A stretch of 63,122 nucleotides of DNA, counting the filler, from Babesia bigemina (Eukaryota), in assembly GCF_000981445.1 (NCBI RefSeq). It is 7 parts of 7 records of this genome, joined end to end, with 100 filler letters (N's around TTAATTAATTAA, not from the genome) between each part and the next. Parts side by side here need not be neighbours in the genome. Positions count along the whole stretch, not along the records: positions 7,385 to 15,946 come from NW_012237007.1; positions 16,047 to 27,012 come from NW_012237008.1; 5 more parts are not named here. The stretch is one strand, 5' to 3'. The notes under the pieces are model-generated. The model searched no databases. It worked only from the letters and a program-made list of their open reading frames with translations, and was not told the origin of the DNA. Made by a program: the position numbers and the translations under genes. Shown piece after piece: positions 9,380 through 21,800 of this stretch (positions are counted from its first letter, which is position 1; each line of letters opens with the position of its first letter).

Positions 9380-12300
9380 TTACGGTTGTAGATACGATAT
9401 CTTGGCAAGCCTTCCGACTTGCGTTGCGGCCAACAATGATTGCGCCGTTATCCTGTGCGATGACGGTATCCTCAGGTGTGAGCGTATGTGGAGCACATCC
9501 AGTCTGCCGACCATTACGCAGATGAGGTAGAAGAGGGATAGTGACCAAAGTGCGACGTTAAGCCATATAAACGGCTGCCTGATGGTGAATATAAATTCGT
9601 CGCACTTTTCGAACAGTTCGGTAAAATATTTAGAGTCGAGGACGTTGCAGAGCTGATTGTAGAAGTTGTGGCAATACTTTTTGCTTTCTTCCGATGAGAG
9701 TGTAGCGGGATTACCAAATGTGAATCCAAAGCTATATAGAGTGCTTAGCACGCCACGGCATTCGATTAGTCCTCTACATTCGCAATTGTCGATTCCGTGT
9801 TTACCATGCCTACATTTGTTGCCGTTTAGGCATCTACGGCATCCCCAGTTTTGGCAGGATATACTGCAGAATGCATCACGTAGACTCTTGATATATGCGT
9901 ATAGCGTCGACGGCAAGTGAATAGCCCATGAGAGATAAAGCTTAGAATGCCACTCAGCAAGGTAGCTATATGAATCATCGCATAATGATCTAAGGTAAGG
10001 AGCGCAATGCAACTTGTCGGCACTAGCATAAGTACATGACTCTTTTTTCGATAGACTTGATAAGTCGGATTCTAGTGCTTTGGGATGGTTTGTGCGATCA
10101 TGACTTTGGCTGTTTTTGTACGCATGACACAGTGCATCGGGAAGTTTGCTGATGTCGTCATATAAACCGATAGACAACTCCCTTGTTGATGTGCCAAAAG
10201 CAACACTGACAGCATTATTCGATGTTTCCGCTTTTTGCAACATTGCTGCTAATGTCAACGCGAACTGGAAGTGTTCAGGCAACGTGGATGGAGGTTTGGT
10301 CATTAGACCGAATATCGGTGTGATATCTAGTTTGTCGAAGAAATTGGTTAGCACTTTGGATAGGTGTTTACCTGTCTTCGTGCTTCCCGAGAAACCCCTA
10401 AAGCCAAGTGGTGTCAGACATGGCTGTCCGGGCAGACCTTTGGGGCAGTTGCTGCATACGGATTTGCAACCGATAGAGCTTATGTTGTGAGGTAGATGGC
10501 CGGGTAACGTGTCACTTAGGTACGCTTGAAGCGGTGATCTGGGCAGGCAGTCGGTTTGCTTGTCATCAGTATGCTTATCACAATGCGATTTACCGGTCAA
10601 GATATCCTTGCCGTACAGACAATTTGACCAACCGAAATGCTGAGTTCCAAGCTGACACTGGCTATGCAAAAATCTGAACACTGGTAACAATCTGCGTAGG
10701 ATGTCCACTAACAGTTCAAGGCAACTGGAAGCATCGGGTGGATAATGTAGATTAAGCCAGTTATTGCAGAAGTCAACGGCATAGGTTGTGTATGCGTCGC
10801 CGTAGCCGATGATCTCAGTCAGCACGTCATATGCTCTGGAACACAGGCGCTTCACTGCTCTTTGTGTGTCGTCATATGCGATTGGTCGTGGATACGCCTG
10901 TAGTGGTTGCTCGCTGACAACGGTCACGGGGATGTCACCGTTCTCAGTTGGCTGGTTGTTAGGGTTGACGAATAGCTCACTGACCGCGTCACGCCATAGA
11001 TCCTCATAGACGTCATTGCAAGGTAAACCAGACAGCCAACAGAGCATCTCGTATATGGAACACGGGCGTTTCTTTGACGATGAAGTAGCTATGTGACCGA
11101 TTTTGTGGTAATCATTAAGGTAAATGTATATATTTTCGAGTGGACGTCTAACATTGTCGTCTGTATGATACACATGTTCATAATCATTGCCTGCAAGTAA
11201 AGTATGGATTCTTCTACCAGACAGATGTCTGTTCACTTCGCCATTCTGTTCGGTGTCGGAGTTGGAAACAACGTAGCCATGATCTTCGATAAGTCTTCCG
11301 AGATCAGTGGAATTATGTGTTTGTTGTCCACTGAGATTCTTTGAATTGTGTTTCATTACAGACAGCGAGGTGTTAAGTATTGAAATTACAGTGAGGCACA
11401 CTTTAGCGAACTTCGTGCCATACGGCGTTAATTTCTCCTTTTCGACAAGGTTAGCACCAAACGTCTCACTATCATACACCGAAACGTACGCCTTGTCGAG
11501 TTCGGCGTGTAACCTCGTGACACCGATTTTCAGAATATCAAGCAAGATATTGCTCTTCTCTGAGTATGAACCTAGTCGTATTCGGCGTATCAGACTGGCA
11601 AGGGCGGATAGGTTGTCCGCGAATTTCTGGTCGTAATTCTTAAGGTCGGTGAAAAGGGTTTCGAGTGAATTATTTAACTGCATTGTTGAATTATGATTGG
11701 GTAGGATTTCGGGTTTGCGGTTCAAAGTTTGAAGCATTGTAGTGAAGAAAGATTTAACATATGACGCCAAATCGGATAAATTAGTATTTGTAGACAGTTG
11801 TGTGAATTCGGTGTATGCCAATTTCATATGTATTACCCCCATGAAACCTTTAAATTTCCACTCGGAGTCCTGTTCTATTGCCTTTGGGAGTTTTTCGAGT
11901 ACGTTGTTCACCGTATCGGCAAACTGGATGAGAACGAATTGAGTAAAGTTTACGTATTTCGTTTTGATTATTTTCGTAATCGTACTCTTGACTGCATCGA
12001 GTTTTTGAGTGACATGTCTTTCGAGTTCGATGGTCATTGTTCGGCAGTGTGCATTTATATCATTGATGATGTCTTGCGTTTGATTGATGAATGGATTTAG
12101 CCCTTGTTTCTGCAAATGCTCGAGTTTATTCGAGAGATTTGTGAGTTCACCTTTGGTGTCTCTGCCTATTAGAACTTTCTGCAAATGTACTAATTTGGTT
12201 TTCAAACCATCCTCATTACGTTCGCTAATGGCTGTCATGACTGCGTTGCACAACTTACTTATATTGGTGTGGAATGTGGACGCATCTTCTTCAATGGTAT

Positions 12301-14590
12301 TCACATTAATGGTACCATCAAGAAAACTGAAGTCCGCCAGCACCGCTTCTTGAAATTTTCTTATTTTTCCATAGATGCTATCTTGATTGGAACCGTGGCT
12401 CTGCTCGCCTATATGCCTGGCATATGTAGGCATAAGATCCTTAACATTACGTTCATCCTCACAGGCTCCCTCAAATTCCAATGCGATCTGGTTGTGAATC
12501 TTCGTGTTGAGCACATCTTCCAGTTTATAAATATGTTCATTGACAGCATCTAAAGCCTCGGTGATCAGATTGCCGGGTTTACTAGCATCGGCGTTAAGGT
12601 TGTCGTGAATTAATTTAATGTTTTTTATTGCCTCATGTACGTTGTTCATGTTGAATGTGACGCGAAATACACTAATGTCTGCCGCAAATTCATTGGCCCT
12701 ATTAACTAGTTGTTTGAGAATGCGTTCTACGACGGATTGCATATCAGAACGAGAATATTCGGAGTCGGTAACACTCAGCCCATCCCCGCCTCCAATGGCT
12801 GTCACTATACCATTGATAAGCTCCCCGTTACGCCCATCCTTGATCTTATTTTCAAGGTGCTTTGCGAAAGTCGTGCAGGCCTTTTGTACACTTTCCAAAT
12901 CTTCCGAAATATTACGAGTTGCTTTTTCAACGAGAGTTACTGTGCTTGCGCTATAAACTTGTTTCTGAAGTTCATATTTGATTTTATCTTTTATTGCATG
13001 GTGCAACATCGTGTTTTTTCCACGCAATAACTCTTCCACATTTATTGATTGCAGTTTACCCTTATTAGTCAACCCCTCAACATAACTCTTTAGTCTCCAG
13101 TAGATGGTTTCATTCTCAAGTAAAGGCTTGCCAATCCAGGCATCTAATATATCGTTCCCAAAATTTTGTTTCGTGAACTTCTCCGCATATGTAGCCACGC
13201 CCTGTATTATGGCGGTTAAACCTGATTTTCCTGGGTTTTTGGCATATATTCCTTCAATAAGATTCCAAATGCCATCTTCGAGTTGTCCCCAATACTTATT
13301 TATACCCCCATTTCCGTCACCTTGCTCACCAAGGGTTTTCTCCTTGATTACCTCGAAATGCTTACGAGCCATTTGAACATACTGTGAAACCACCGAGCCG
13401 ATCCCGTGTCGCAATTCTGCCAAATCTTTTTGCACCTTTCCATCTAAATCTGCAAGTGCATCTTTAACCATACTGGCCAACTTCGGAAGTTTTCCTGCTG
13501 ATGCCTTGTAAGCGTTATACAACCCTAAGCTTTTATGTTTTAATTCCGCCACTGCATTTACAAGTTCTAACTTATATTGCGCTTTGGGACCACTAATCAC
13601 ATGAGTGATCTCGTTAACTCTACCCAATGCGACAGAGACAGCGTCATGCGCTTTAGTAATCCATTGACCAACTTGTGATACATATTCCAGCAACATCTTA
13701 TCGATGTCTGCAATTCGTTGTTTGAACGCTTCAATGATTTCTGCAAAGCCTTTGGCGAACTTTGTGATGCTCTCAGTAGAGGATGAATTAATCGTATTTT
13801 TTGAATCGTCAAGCTGCTTCTCCACAGAAGAAATCACGGAATCTTTAAAACTCTTCTGCTGCATCCAAATTTTTTGAATCCTATTAGCATTATATTCAAT
13901 TACATTTTTAGCCCTACGCACCTCATCTTCTAGGATATCTTGCAGATCTCCTATATGCGCATCCTCCGCTACCATACCTTCGGAGTACGCTGCAGCCAAC
14001 CTAATGCACTCATTAACATACTTATCAATAGAGGCCACATGTTCATGATATTCTAATTTTCCAATGTTACTTTTGAGTTTCCTTGCGTAATTATTTATTT
14101 TTGTTATTACATCACTCACCTTTTTATTACTGTCTCTGACAGCATCATTATACCTCCGCACCCCGTCGACCACCTCCGCAATCGCAACATTAAAACCGTT
14201 TTTACCAAGATGTTTATTTTGCTTAAGAGTGTCGATTGCTTGTGTAATTTCATTTTTATGCTGCCCTAAATGCTCTTTGATGTTACTGAGAACACCACTC
14301 AAAAATCCCATCACCCCGTCACACAGCCTATCCAAGTCGGAGTACACAATCCCAGTGCCGTCGTAGCCTTTGGAAGTAGAGTTGAAGCCGAGGAAGGTTT
14401 CGAGGCCGGTGCAGAGGTTATTAAGGATGTTAGTAGGGTTGTTATTTGAGGTGTTTTTAAGGTTTTGAATTTTGTCAAATTTCTTGTCAAGCTCCCTAGG
14501 CGGCACATGGTCAGGGCAGTGGCAGGAGGTGGAAGAGGGGAAGGAAAGGGTGACAAGGCACAAGTTATTGTTATGGTTTAAGGAGGTCAT
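9380..14590 (-). CDS. ves1: VESA1-like antigen g2, 1736 aa, uninterrupted from the leader ATG (A-type tail)
   Basis: Single ORF with all family motifs, TM segment FIWLNVALWSLSLFYLICVMVG and LAKISYLQP end. Confidence 0.88.
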   Translation of the reverse strand: MTSLNHNNNLCLVTLSFPSSTSCHCPDHVPPRELDKKFDKIQNLKNTSNNNPTNILNNLCTGLETFLGFNSTSKGYDGTGIVYSDLDRLCDGVMGFLSGVLSNIKEHLGQHKNEITQAIDTLKQNKHLGKNGFNVAIAEVVDGVRRYNDAVRDSNKKVSDVITKINNYARKLKSNIGKLEYHEHVASIDKYVNECIRLAAAYSEGMVAEDAHIGDLQDILEDEVRRAKNVIEYNANRIQKIWMQQKSFKDSVISSVEKQLDDSKNTINSSSTESITKFAKGFAEIIEAFKQRIADIDKMLLEYVSQVGQWITKAHDAVSVALGRVNEITHVISGPKAQYKLELVNAVAELKHKSLGLYNAYKASAGKLPKLASMVKDALADLDGKVQKDLAELRHGIGSVVSQYVQMARKHFEVIKEKTLGEQGDGNGGINKYWGQLEDGIWNLIEGIYAKNPGKSGLTAIIQGVATYAEKFTKQNFGNDILDAWIGKPLLENETIYWRLKSYVEGLTNKGKLQSINVEELLRGKNTMLHHAIKDKIKYELQKQVYSASTVTLVEKATRNISEDLESVQKACTTFAKHLENKIKDGRNGELINGIVTAIGGGDGLSVTDSEYSRSDMQSVVERILKQLVNRANEFAADISVFRVTFNMNNVHEAIKNIKLIHDNLNADASKPGNLITEALDAVNEHIYKLEDVLNTKIHNQIALEFEGACEDERNVKDLMPTYARHIGEQSHGSNQDSIYGKIRKFQEAVLADFSFLDGTINVNTIEEDASTFHTNISKLCNAVMTAISERNEDGLKTKLVHLQKVLIGRDTKGELTNLSNKLEHLQKQGLNPFINQTQDIINDINAHCRTMTIELERHVTQKLDAVKSTITKIIKTKYVNFTQFVLIQFADTVNNVLEKLPKAIEQDSEWKFKGFMGVIHMKLAYTEFTQLSTNTNLSDLASYVKSFFTTMLQTLNRKPEILPNHNSTMQLNNSLETLFTDLKNYDQKFADNLSALASLIRRIRLGSYSEKSNILLDILKIGVTRLHAELDKAYVSVYDSETFGANLVEKEKLTPYGTKFAKVCLTVISILNTSLSVMKHNSKNLSGQQTHNSTDLGRLIEDHGYVVSNSDTEQNGEVNRHLSGRRIHTLLAGNDYEHVYHTDDNVRRPLENIYIYLNDYHKIGHIATSSSKKRPCSIYEMLCWLSGLPCNDVYEDLWRDAVSELFVNPNNQPTENGDIPVTVVSEQPLQAYPRPIAYDDTQRAVKRLCSRAYDVLTEIIGYGDAYTTYAVDFCNNWLNLHYPPDASSCLELLVDILRRLLPVFRFLHSQCQLGTQHFGWSNCLYGKDILTGKSHCDKHTDDKQTDCLPRSPLQAYLSDTLPGHLPHNISSIGCKSVCSNCPKGLPGQPCLTPLGFRGFSGSTKTGKHLSKVLTNFFDKLDITPIFGLMTKPPSTLPEHFQFALTLAAMLQKAETSNNAVSVAFGTSTRELSIGLYDDISKLPDALCHAYKNSQSHDRTNHPKALESDLSSLSKKESCTYASADKLHCAPYLRSLCDDSYSYLAEWHSKLYLSWAIHLPSTLYAYIKSLRDAFCSISCQNWGCRRCLNGNKCRHGKHGIDNCECRGLIECRGVLSTLYSFGFTFGNPATLSSEESKKYCHNFYNQLCNVLDSKYFTELFEKCDEFIFTIRQPFIWLNVALWSLSLFYLICVMVGRLDVLHIRSHLRIPSSHRITAQSLLAATQVGRLAKISYLQP

Positions 14591-14619
14591 AGCAGTATTA
14601 TGGCGAGGTGATTCAAAGG

Positions 14620-15946
14620 ATGTAGAGTGGATAAGGAGCGATGTGGAGTGGATAAAGGAGCGATGTAGAGTGGGTTAGGGAGCGATGTAGAGTGGGTTAA
14701 GGAGCGATGTAGAGTGCGTTAGGGAGCGATGTGGAGTGGGTTAGGGAGCGATGTAGAGTGGGTAAAGGGGCGATGTAGAGTGGGTTAGGGAGCGATGTAG
14801 AGTGGGTAAAGGGGCGATGTAGAGTGGGTTAAGGGGCGATGTGGAGTGGGTTAAGGAGCGATGTAGAGTGGGTTAGGGAGCGATGTGGAGTGGACAGAGG
14901 AGCGATGTAGAGTGGATGAAGGAGCGATGTAGAGTGGGTTAAGGGGCGATGTAGAGTGGATAAGGGTGCGATGTAGAGTGGGTTAAGGGGCGATGTAGAG
15001 TGGGTTAAGGGGCGATGTGGAGTGGATAAAGGGGCGATGTAGAGTGGATAAAGGAGCGATGTAGAGTGTGTAAAGGAGCGATGTGGAGTGGATAAAGGAG
15101 CGATGTAGAGTGGTTAAAGGGGCGATGTAGAGTGGATAAGGGGCGATGTAGAGTGGATAAAGGGGCGATGTAGAGTGGGTTAGGGAGCGATGTAGAGTGG
15201 ATAAAGGGGCGATGTAGAGTGGATAAAGGGGCGATGTAGAGTGGGTTAAGGGGCGATGTAGAGTGGGTTAGGGAGCGATGTAGAGTGGATTAGGGAGCGA
15301 TGTAGAGTGGATAAAGGGGCGATGTAGAGTGGGTTAGGGAGCGATGTAGAGTGGATAAAGGGGCGATGTAGAGTGGGTTAGGGAGCGATGTAGAGTGGAT
15401 AAAGGGGCGATGTAGAGTGGGTTAGGGAGCGATGTAGAGTGGATAAAGGGGCGACGTAGAGTTGATAAAGGAGCGATGTAGAGTGGATAAAGGAGCGATG
15501 TAGAGTGGGTTAGGGAGCGATGTAGAGTGGGTTAAGGGGCGATGTAGAGTGGATTAGGGAGCGATGTAGAGTGGGTAAAGGGGCGCTGTAGAGTGGATAA
15601 AGGGGCGATGTAGAGTGGGTTAAGGGGCGATGTAGAGTGGGTTAAGGGGCGATGTAGAGTGAATAAAGGAGCGATGTAGAGTGGGTTAGGGAGCGATGTA
15701 GAGTGGGTTAGGGAGCGATGTAGAGTGGGTTAGGGAGCGATGTAGAGTGGATGAAGGAGCGATGTAGAGTGGATTATAGAGCGATGTAGAGTGGGTTAAG
15801 GGGCGATGTAGAGTGGATAAAGGGGCGATGTAGAGTGGATAAAGGGGCGATGTAGAATGGATTAGGGAGCGATGTAGAGTGGATTAGGGAGCGATGTAGA
15901 GTGGGTTAGGGAGCGATGTGGAGTGGATAAAGTGGCGATGTAGAGT
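14620..15946 (-). repeat. 22-bp satellite S3 upstream of g2
   Basis: Tandem units running to the contig end. Confidence 0.97.
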
Positions 15947-16046
15947 NNNNNNNNNNNNNNNNNNNNNNNNNNNNNNNNNNNNNNNNNNNNTTAATTAATT
16001 AANNNNNNNNNNNNNNNNNNNNNNNNNNNNNNNNNNNNNNNNNNNN
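15947..16046. other. Artificial contig spacer
   Basis: 44 N + TTAATTAATTAA + 44 N. Confidence 0.98.
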
Positions 16047-18790
16047 CTCTACATCGCTCCTTTATCCACTCTACATCGCCCCTTTACCCACTCCACATCG
16101 CCCCTTAACCCACTCTACATCGCCCCTTTACCCACTCTACATCGCTCCCTTATCCACTCTACATCGCCCCTTTACCCACTCTACATCGCTCCTTAACCCA
16201 CTCCACATCGCCCTTTATCCACTCTACATCGCTCCCTTATCCACTCTACATCGCTCCCTAACCCACTCCACATCGCTCCCTAACCCACTCTACATCGCCC
16301 CTTTATCCACTCTACATCGCTCCCTAACCCACCTTACATCGCTCCCTAACCCACTCTACATCGCCCCTTTATCCACTCTACATCGCCCCTTAACCCACTC
16401 TACATCGCTCCTTTATCCACTCTACATCGCCCCTTTACCCACTCCACATCGCCCCTTATCCACTCTATATCGCTCCTTAATCCATTCTACATCGCTCCCT
16501 AACCCACTCTACATCGCCCCTTTACCCACTCTACATCGCCCCTTTACACACTCTACATCGCCCCTTTACCCACCCTACATCGCTCCTTAACCCACTCTAC
16601 ATCGCTCCTTAACCCACTCTACATCGCCCCTTTAGCCACTCCACATCGCCTATTTCACCACTCGACATCGCTCCTTTATCCACTCCTCATCGCCCCTTAA
16701 CCCACTCTACATCGCCCCTTTACCCACTCTACATCGCCCCTTATCCACTCTACATCGCCCCTTAACCCACTCTACATCGCTCCCTAACCCACTCTTCATC
16801 GCTCCTTACTCCACCTTACATCGCCCCTTATCCACTCTACATCGCTCCCTAACCCACTCCACACCGCCCCTTTATCCACTCTACATCGCTCCTTATCCAC
16901 TCTACATCGCTCCTTTATCCACCCTGCATCGCCGCTTTATCCACTCTACATTGCTCCTTAACCCACTCTACATCGCTCCTTTACCCACTCTACATCGCCC
17001 CTTATCCACTCTACATCGCCCCTTTATCCACCTTACGTCGCTCCCTTATCCACTCTACATCGCCCCTTTATCCACTCTACATCGCTCCCTAACACACTCT
17101 ACATCGCTCCCTAACACACTCTACATCGCTCCCTTAATCCACTCTACATCGCCCCTTTACCCACTCTACATCGCTCCTTACTCCACCTTACATCGCCCCT
17201 TATCCACTCTACATCGCTCCTTAACCCACTCTACATCGCCCCTTAACCCACTCTACATCGCTCCCTAACCCACTCTACATCGCTCCCTAACCCACTCTAC
17301 ATCGCTCCCTAACCCACTCTACATCGCCCCTTAACCCACTCCACATCGCTCCTTATCCACTCCACATCGCCCCTTTATCCACTCCACATCGCCCCTTTAC
17401 CCACTCCACATCGCCCCTTAACCCACTCTACATCGCCTTTTTATCCACCCTACATCGCCCCTTTATAAACTCTACATCGCTCCTTTATAAACTCTACATC
17501 GCCCCTTTATCCACTCCTCATCGCTCCTCTATCCACTCTACATCGCTCCTTTATCCACTCTACATCGCTCCTTATCCACTCTACATCGCCCCTTATCCAC
17601 TCTACATCGCTCCCTTACCCACTCTACATCGCTCCCTAACCCACCCTTCATCGCCCCTTTACCCACTCTACATCGCACCTTTATCCACTCTACATCGCCC
17701 CTTTACCCACTCCACATCGCTCCTTAACCCACTCTACATCGCCCCTTTATCCACTCTACATCGCTCCTTTATCCACTCTACATCGCTCCTTATCCACTCT
17801 ACATCGCCCCTTATCCACTCTACATCGCTCCTTTATCCACTCCACATCGCCCCTTAACCCACTCTACATCGCCCCTTTACCCACTCTACATCGCCCCTTT
17901 ATCCACTCTACATCGCCCCTTAACCCACTCTACATCGCTCCCTTACCCACTCTACATCGCCCCTTAACCTCCTCTAATCGCTCCCTTATCCACTTCACAT
18001 CGCTCCCTAATCCACTCTACATCACCCCTTTATCCACTCTACATCGCCCCTTACCCACTCTACATCGCTCCCTAACCCACTCCACATCGCCCCTTTATCC
18101 ACTCCACATCGCTCCTTTACCCACTCTACATCGCCCCTTTACCCACTCTACATCGCTCCCTTATCCACTCCACATCGCCCCTTTATCCACTCTACATCGC
18201 CCCTTAACCCACTCTACATCGCCCCTTTATCCACTCTACATCGCCCCTTAACCCACTCTACATCGGCCCTTCATCCACTCTACATCGCTCCCTAACCCAC
18301 CTTACATCGCCCCTTTATCCACTCTACATCGCCCCTTTATCCACTCTACATCGCTCCTTTATCCACTCTACATCGCTCCCTAACCCACTCTACATCGCTC
18401 CTTAACCCACTCTACATCGCCCCTTTACCCACTCTACATCGCTCCCTAACCCACTCTACATCGCTCCCTAACCCACTCCACATCGCTGCCTAACCCACTC
18501 TACATCGCTCCCTAACCCACTCTTCATCGCTCGTTTATCCACTCTACATCGCCCCTTAACCCACTCCACATCGCCCCTTTACCCACTCTACATCGCCCCT
18601 TAATCCACTCCACATCGCCCCCTAACCCACTCTCCATCGCCCCTTTATCCACTCTACATCGCTCCTTAACCCACTCAACATCGCTCCCTAACCCACTCTA
18701 CATCGCCCCTTACACACTCTACATCGCTCCTTAACCCACTCTACATCGCTCCTTAACCCACTCTACATCGCTCCTTACCCACTCTACATC
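16047..18790 (+). repeat. 22-bp satellite S4 upstream of g3 (at least 2.7 kb, about 125 units)
   Basis: Tandem units; unit count estimated as length/22. Confidence 0.97.
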
Positions 18791-18852
18791 CCCCGAATTA
18801 CCTCGCCATAATACCGCTATGACCTCTTTAGACCACAATAATAACTTGTGCT

Positions 18853-21800
18853 ATGTCATCCTTCACCTCCCTTCTGACTGTGTCCATCGACTGGTTGATC
18901 CAGGTTAGGTATGCGAATGGTGGCAAGGATGGTCTTACCAAGTTGTCTCAAGCTTTGAAAAAGTTGATTGAGGAGGCTATTGAGAAGGCTTATACTTCTC
19001 TAAACAAGCAATACCCTCTCGCTAAACCTCCTTCTAAAGTCGCCTCGTCTGCCGCCTCGGCTCCTCCTGCTAAGTCTACTGAGTCTACTATTCCCGTGAA
19101 AAAAAGTTTTGAAGAGATTAAAAAAGACATTGAAAATGAAGTTAAATCATTGCCTAATGAAATTAATAAGCTTCAAATTAATCCTCTAACTGAAGAAGAA
19201 AATAAGCGTTTATCTGACTGTCAGTCCAAGTTGTCTGCTTTGCAGACTGTGCATAAGCTTGCTGAATTTGCTGATCAACTTGACACTAGTAAAAACAACT
19301 CTCCTAATTTACTTACTAATTTATGTGACGGCCTTCAGACTTTTCTTGGTTACGATAAAGACTCCAAAGGCTACGACGGCTCTGGGATTGTGTACTCTGA
19401 CTTGGATAGGCTGTGTGACGGGGTGATGGCGTTTTTGTATCAGGTGCTTAAAGATGTCAGCGAGAAACAGCCTTACAGTGTGGGTAAAGAGGAACTAAAA
19501 AAACTTGTTAGTGACCTTAAAACTAAATTATCCACCGGGCGTGAGGGTTTTAAGTTCATTGAGACGGTGGCGGAGAGGGTGAGGGAGTATAATGAGAGAG
19601 TAGCAACGTCGAATGACTATGTCAAAAACAAAATTAAAGAGATGCATAATCACGTTGACAAGACTTTAACAGATAAGTTAAGATCCATATTACTTAATGA
19701 TGATTCAGATCTGCGGAAGGCATTGACACAAGAGCAAGTTCAGAAGGTGGAGCAAGCTGTGACGGACGCCGATCGATTAGTTAAGGACTACGCAACAAAA
19801 GGTACGGACTTCATAAACGGCTTCCGTGAAAAGAAAGTGTTCAGTTACCGAAAGGGTACGACGTACGAATATAGAGACGAATTTAAGGACTTGAATCCTG
19901 ACGTACAACAGAAAATTAATAATGCTATACAAAACATTTCATATGAAGCTACACGGCTTGGTGCACTCTCTGCCAAGGAACAGAAACACCTAGAGCAGAT
20001 GACAGCGAAGATCAAGGATACGTTTACTTCGCTTAACAGGTGCGTGAATGATAAAATTGGCACAGACGTTACTGCGCTTGTTAATAAGGTGAATAAACAA
20101 GTTGAAGCTATTTTGAAGGTGCTAAATAGCATCCATGATAAGCTTTGGCAATGCGTAAAACAATTAGAAACGTGGATTAAGGATGCAGAAAGAATTGTGG
20201 ACGGTGCAATAACCAATGTGAATCCAATTGTAGATAAGGGTGTCGGATTTCGCAACGAAATAGCACTTGAAGATAGTGCTAATCAATTGAAAGACAAAGG
20301 TTTAGACCTTTACGGGAAATTTAACGTTGCAACGCAAGAGGTTGAAAATCTTGTCAAAACGGCGCTGGGGGAGGTAAAAAAGATGGACGAGGCGCTTAAA
20401 GGGGATTTGTGGAAGGTGAAGGAAAGAATTAGAGATGCTATTTGGAAACATGTCAATGCCGATCTGGAAATTCATAATTTGGATGATAAAGTAGAGAAAG
20501 ATTTAGTAACGTTGAAAGGAAAGATTGAGGTTGAGATGAAATCGTATATTCAGTCGTTAAGAATTAAAATTAAGCATGAAGTTGAGCAGATTCTTAATGG
20601 TGGAATGGATACGCAAAAAGGTTTAAAAGGAATTACGAGTGCGGTTAAACATAGATTTGCCGATGCGTTCAAAAAAGGAGAGAATGATGGTTTCGGGCAA
20701 ACAGTAAAAGGATGGATTAAAGGAATTTTAGATGAGGACGCCGTGATTAAAAGCTTGATGCAAAGATACGTAAAGCCGGCAGATAGAACTAATGGAGATA
20801 TAAATAGATTTTATTCGACAAAAACAGATGAAATAGCAGGCGCAATTTCTACGCATATTATGAAACATGTTGGCAACGAAATTGCGACAGTGCAGTCCGC
20901 CATTGATAAAGTCGAACCGTCATCCGGCAATTCAACCATTAAGAAATATGTTGAGGCCATCAAGGGCGTTTGCGAAGATTTTGCCAAAAAATTCAGAAAT
21001 GCAATAGGTTCGACCATTACAGCCGATAATATTGCGCAAACAATTCGGAATGTGTTAACGAATGATTTGTCATCCGATTCCAATATCTATGATTTACAAG
21101 AGGCAGTCATGTTTATTTTCCCCGCACTCCATTCCGCCGCTGATCAGACTGCGAAACAGCTTGATTCTTTGCTGCTTCAAAACAAAGTTGGAAAAATCAT
21201 CGATAGCTCAAAGAATTCAAGTATTGCGGGAGAGATGGATGGTATTTACGGAAAGGTCAAGCGTCTTTATGACGAGCTCGGACAAACGGTTGAAAAAGCC
21301 ACTGGTATGAAAATTAATTCGACCGTTGAAAAGGACATTATGGATGGGATCGGAAAACATATCCCTGGTACATCGGGTACCATTGCTACGAAGCTTGGTC
21401 CAGAACTAATGCCCACTTTTAAAGAAGCCCAGGCTAAGGTTGAGGAGAAACTCATAAAAGATAATCTTGGTAAAATTATCGATGGAGAAATCGGAGAGGA
21501 CGATAAGAAAAGTGGCACGGAAAAACTATCAAATAGAATCATCTTATCCGATGTTATTGACAAATTCACGGGTTACAAAAAATATGTAACGCAAGACAAG
21601 GTTAAACTGTTGTCGCTTACCGGCACTATAGAAGCAAGGGAAGGATCACTTCCAGAAGCAATTGGCGCAATTAGGGATAAAGCGAATGGTGACTTCGAGG
21701 CCGCAAAAAAAGATTCGAAAGAAGCAAAGGCATTCCACGAATGGCACAGCGCCGTCAAACAGAACTTGAAAGCGTTATCGGATGCATTCTCTAAGAAAGG

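Noticed and set aside
14620..18790. g2 and g3 as a divergent (LAT-like) pair around an inverted satellite
   Set aside because: The inversion point is an artificial contig spacer, so relative orientation is arbitrary
16047..18790. True telomeric tract
   Set aside because: TTAGGG occurs only inside some 22-bp units, and complete arrays S7 and S9 are internal between genes
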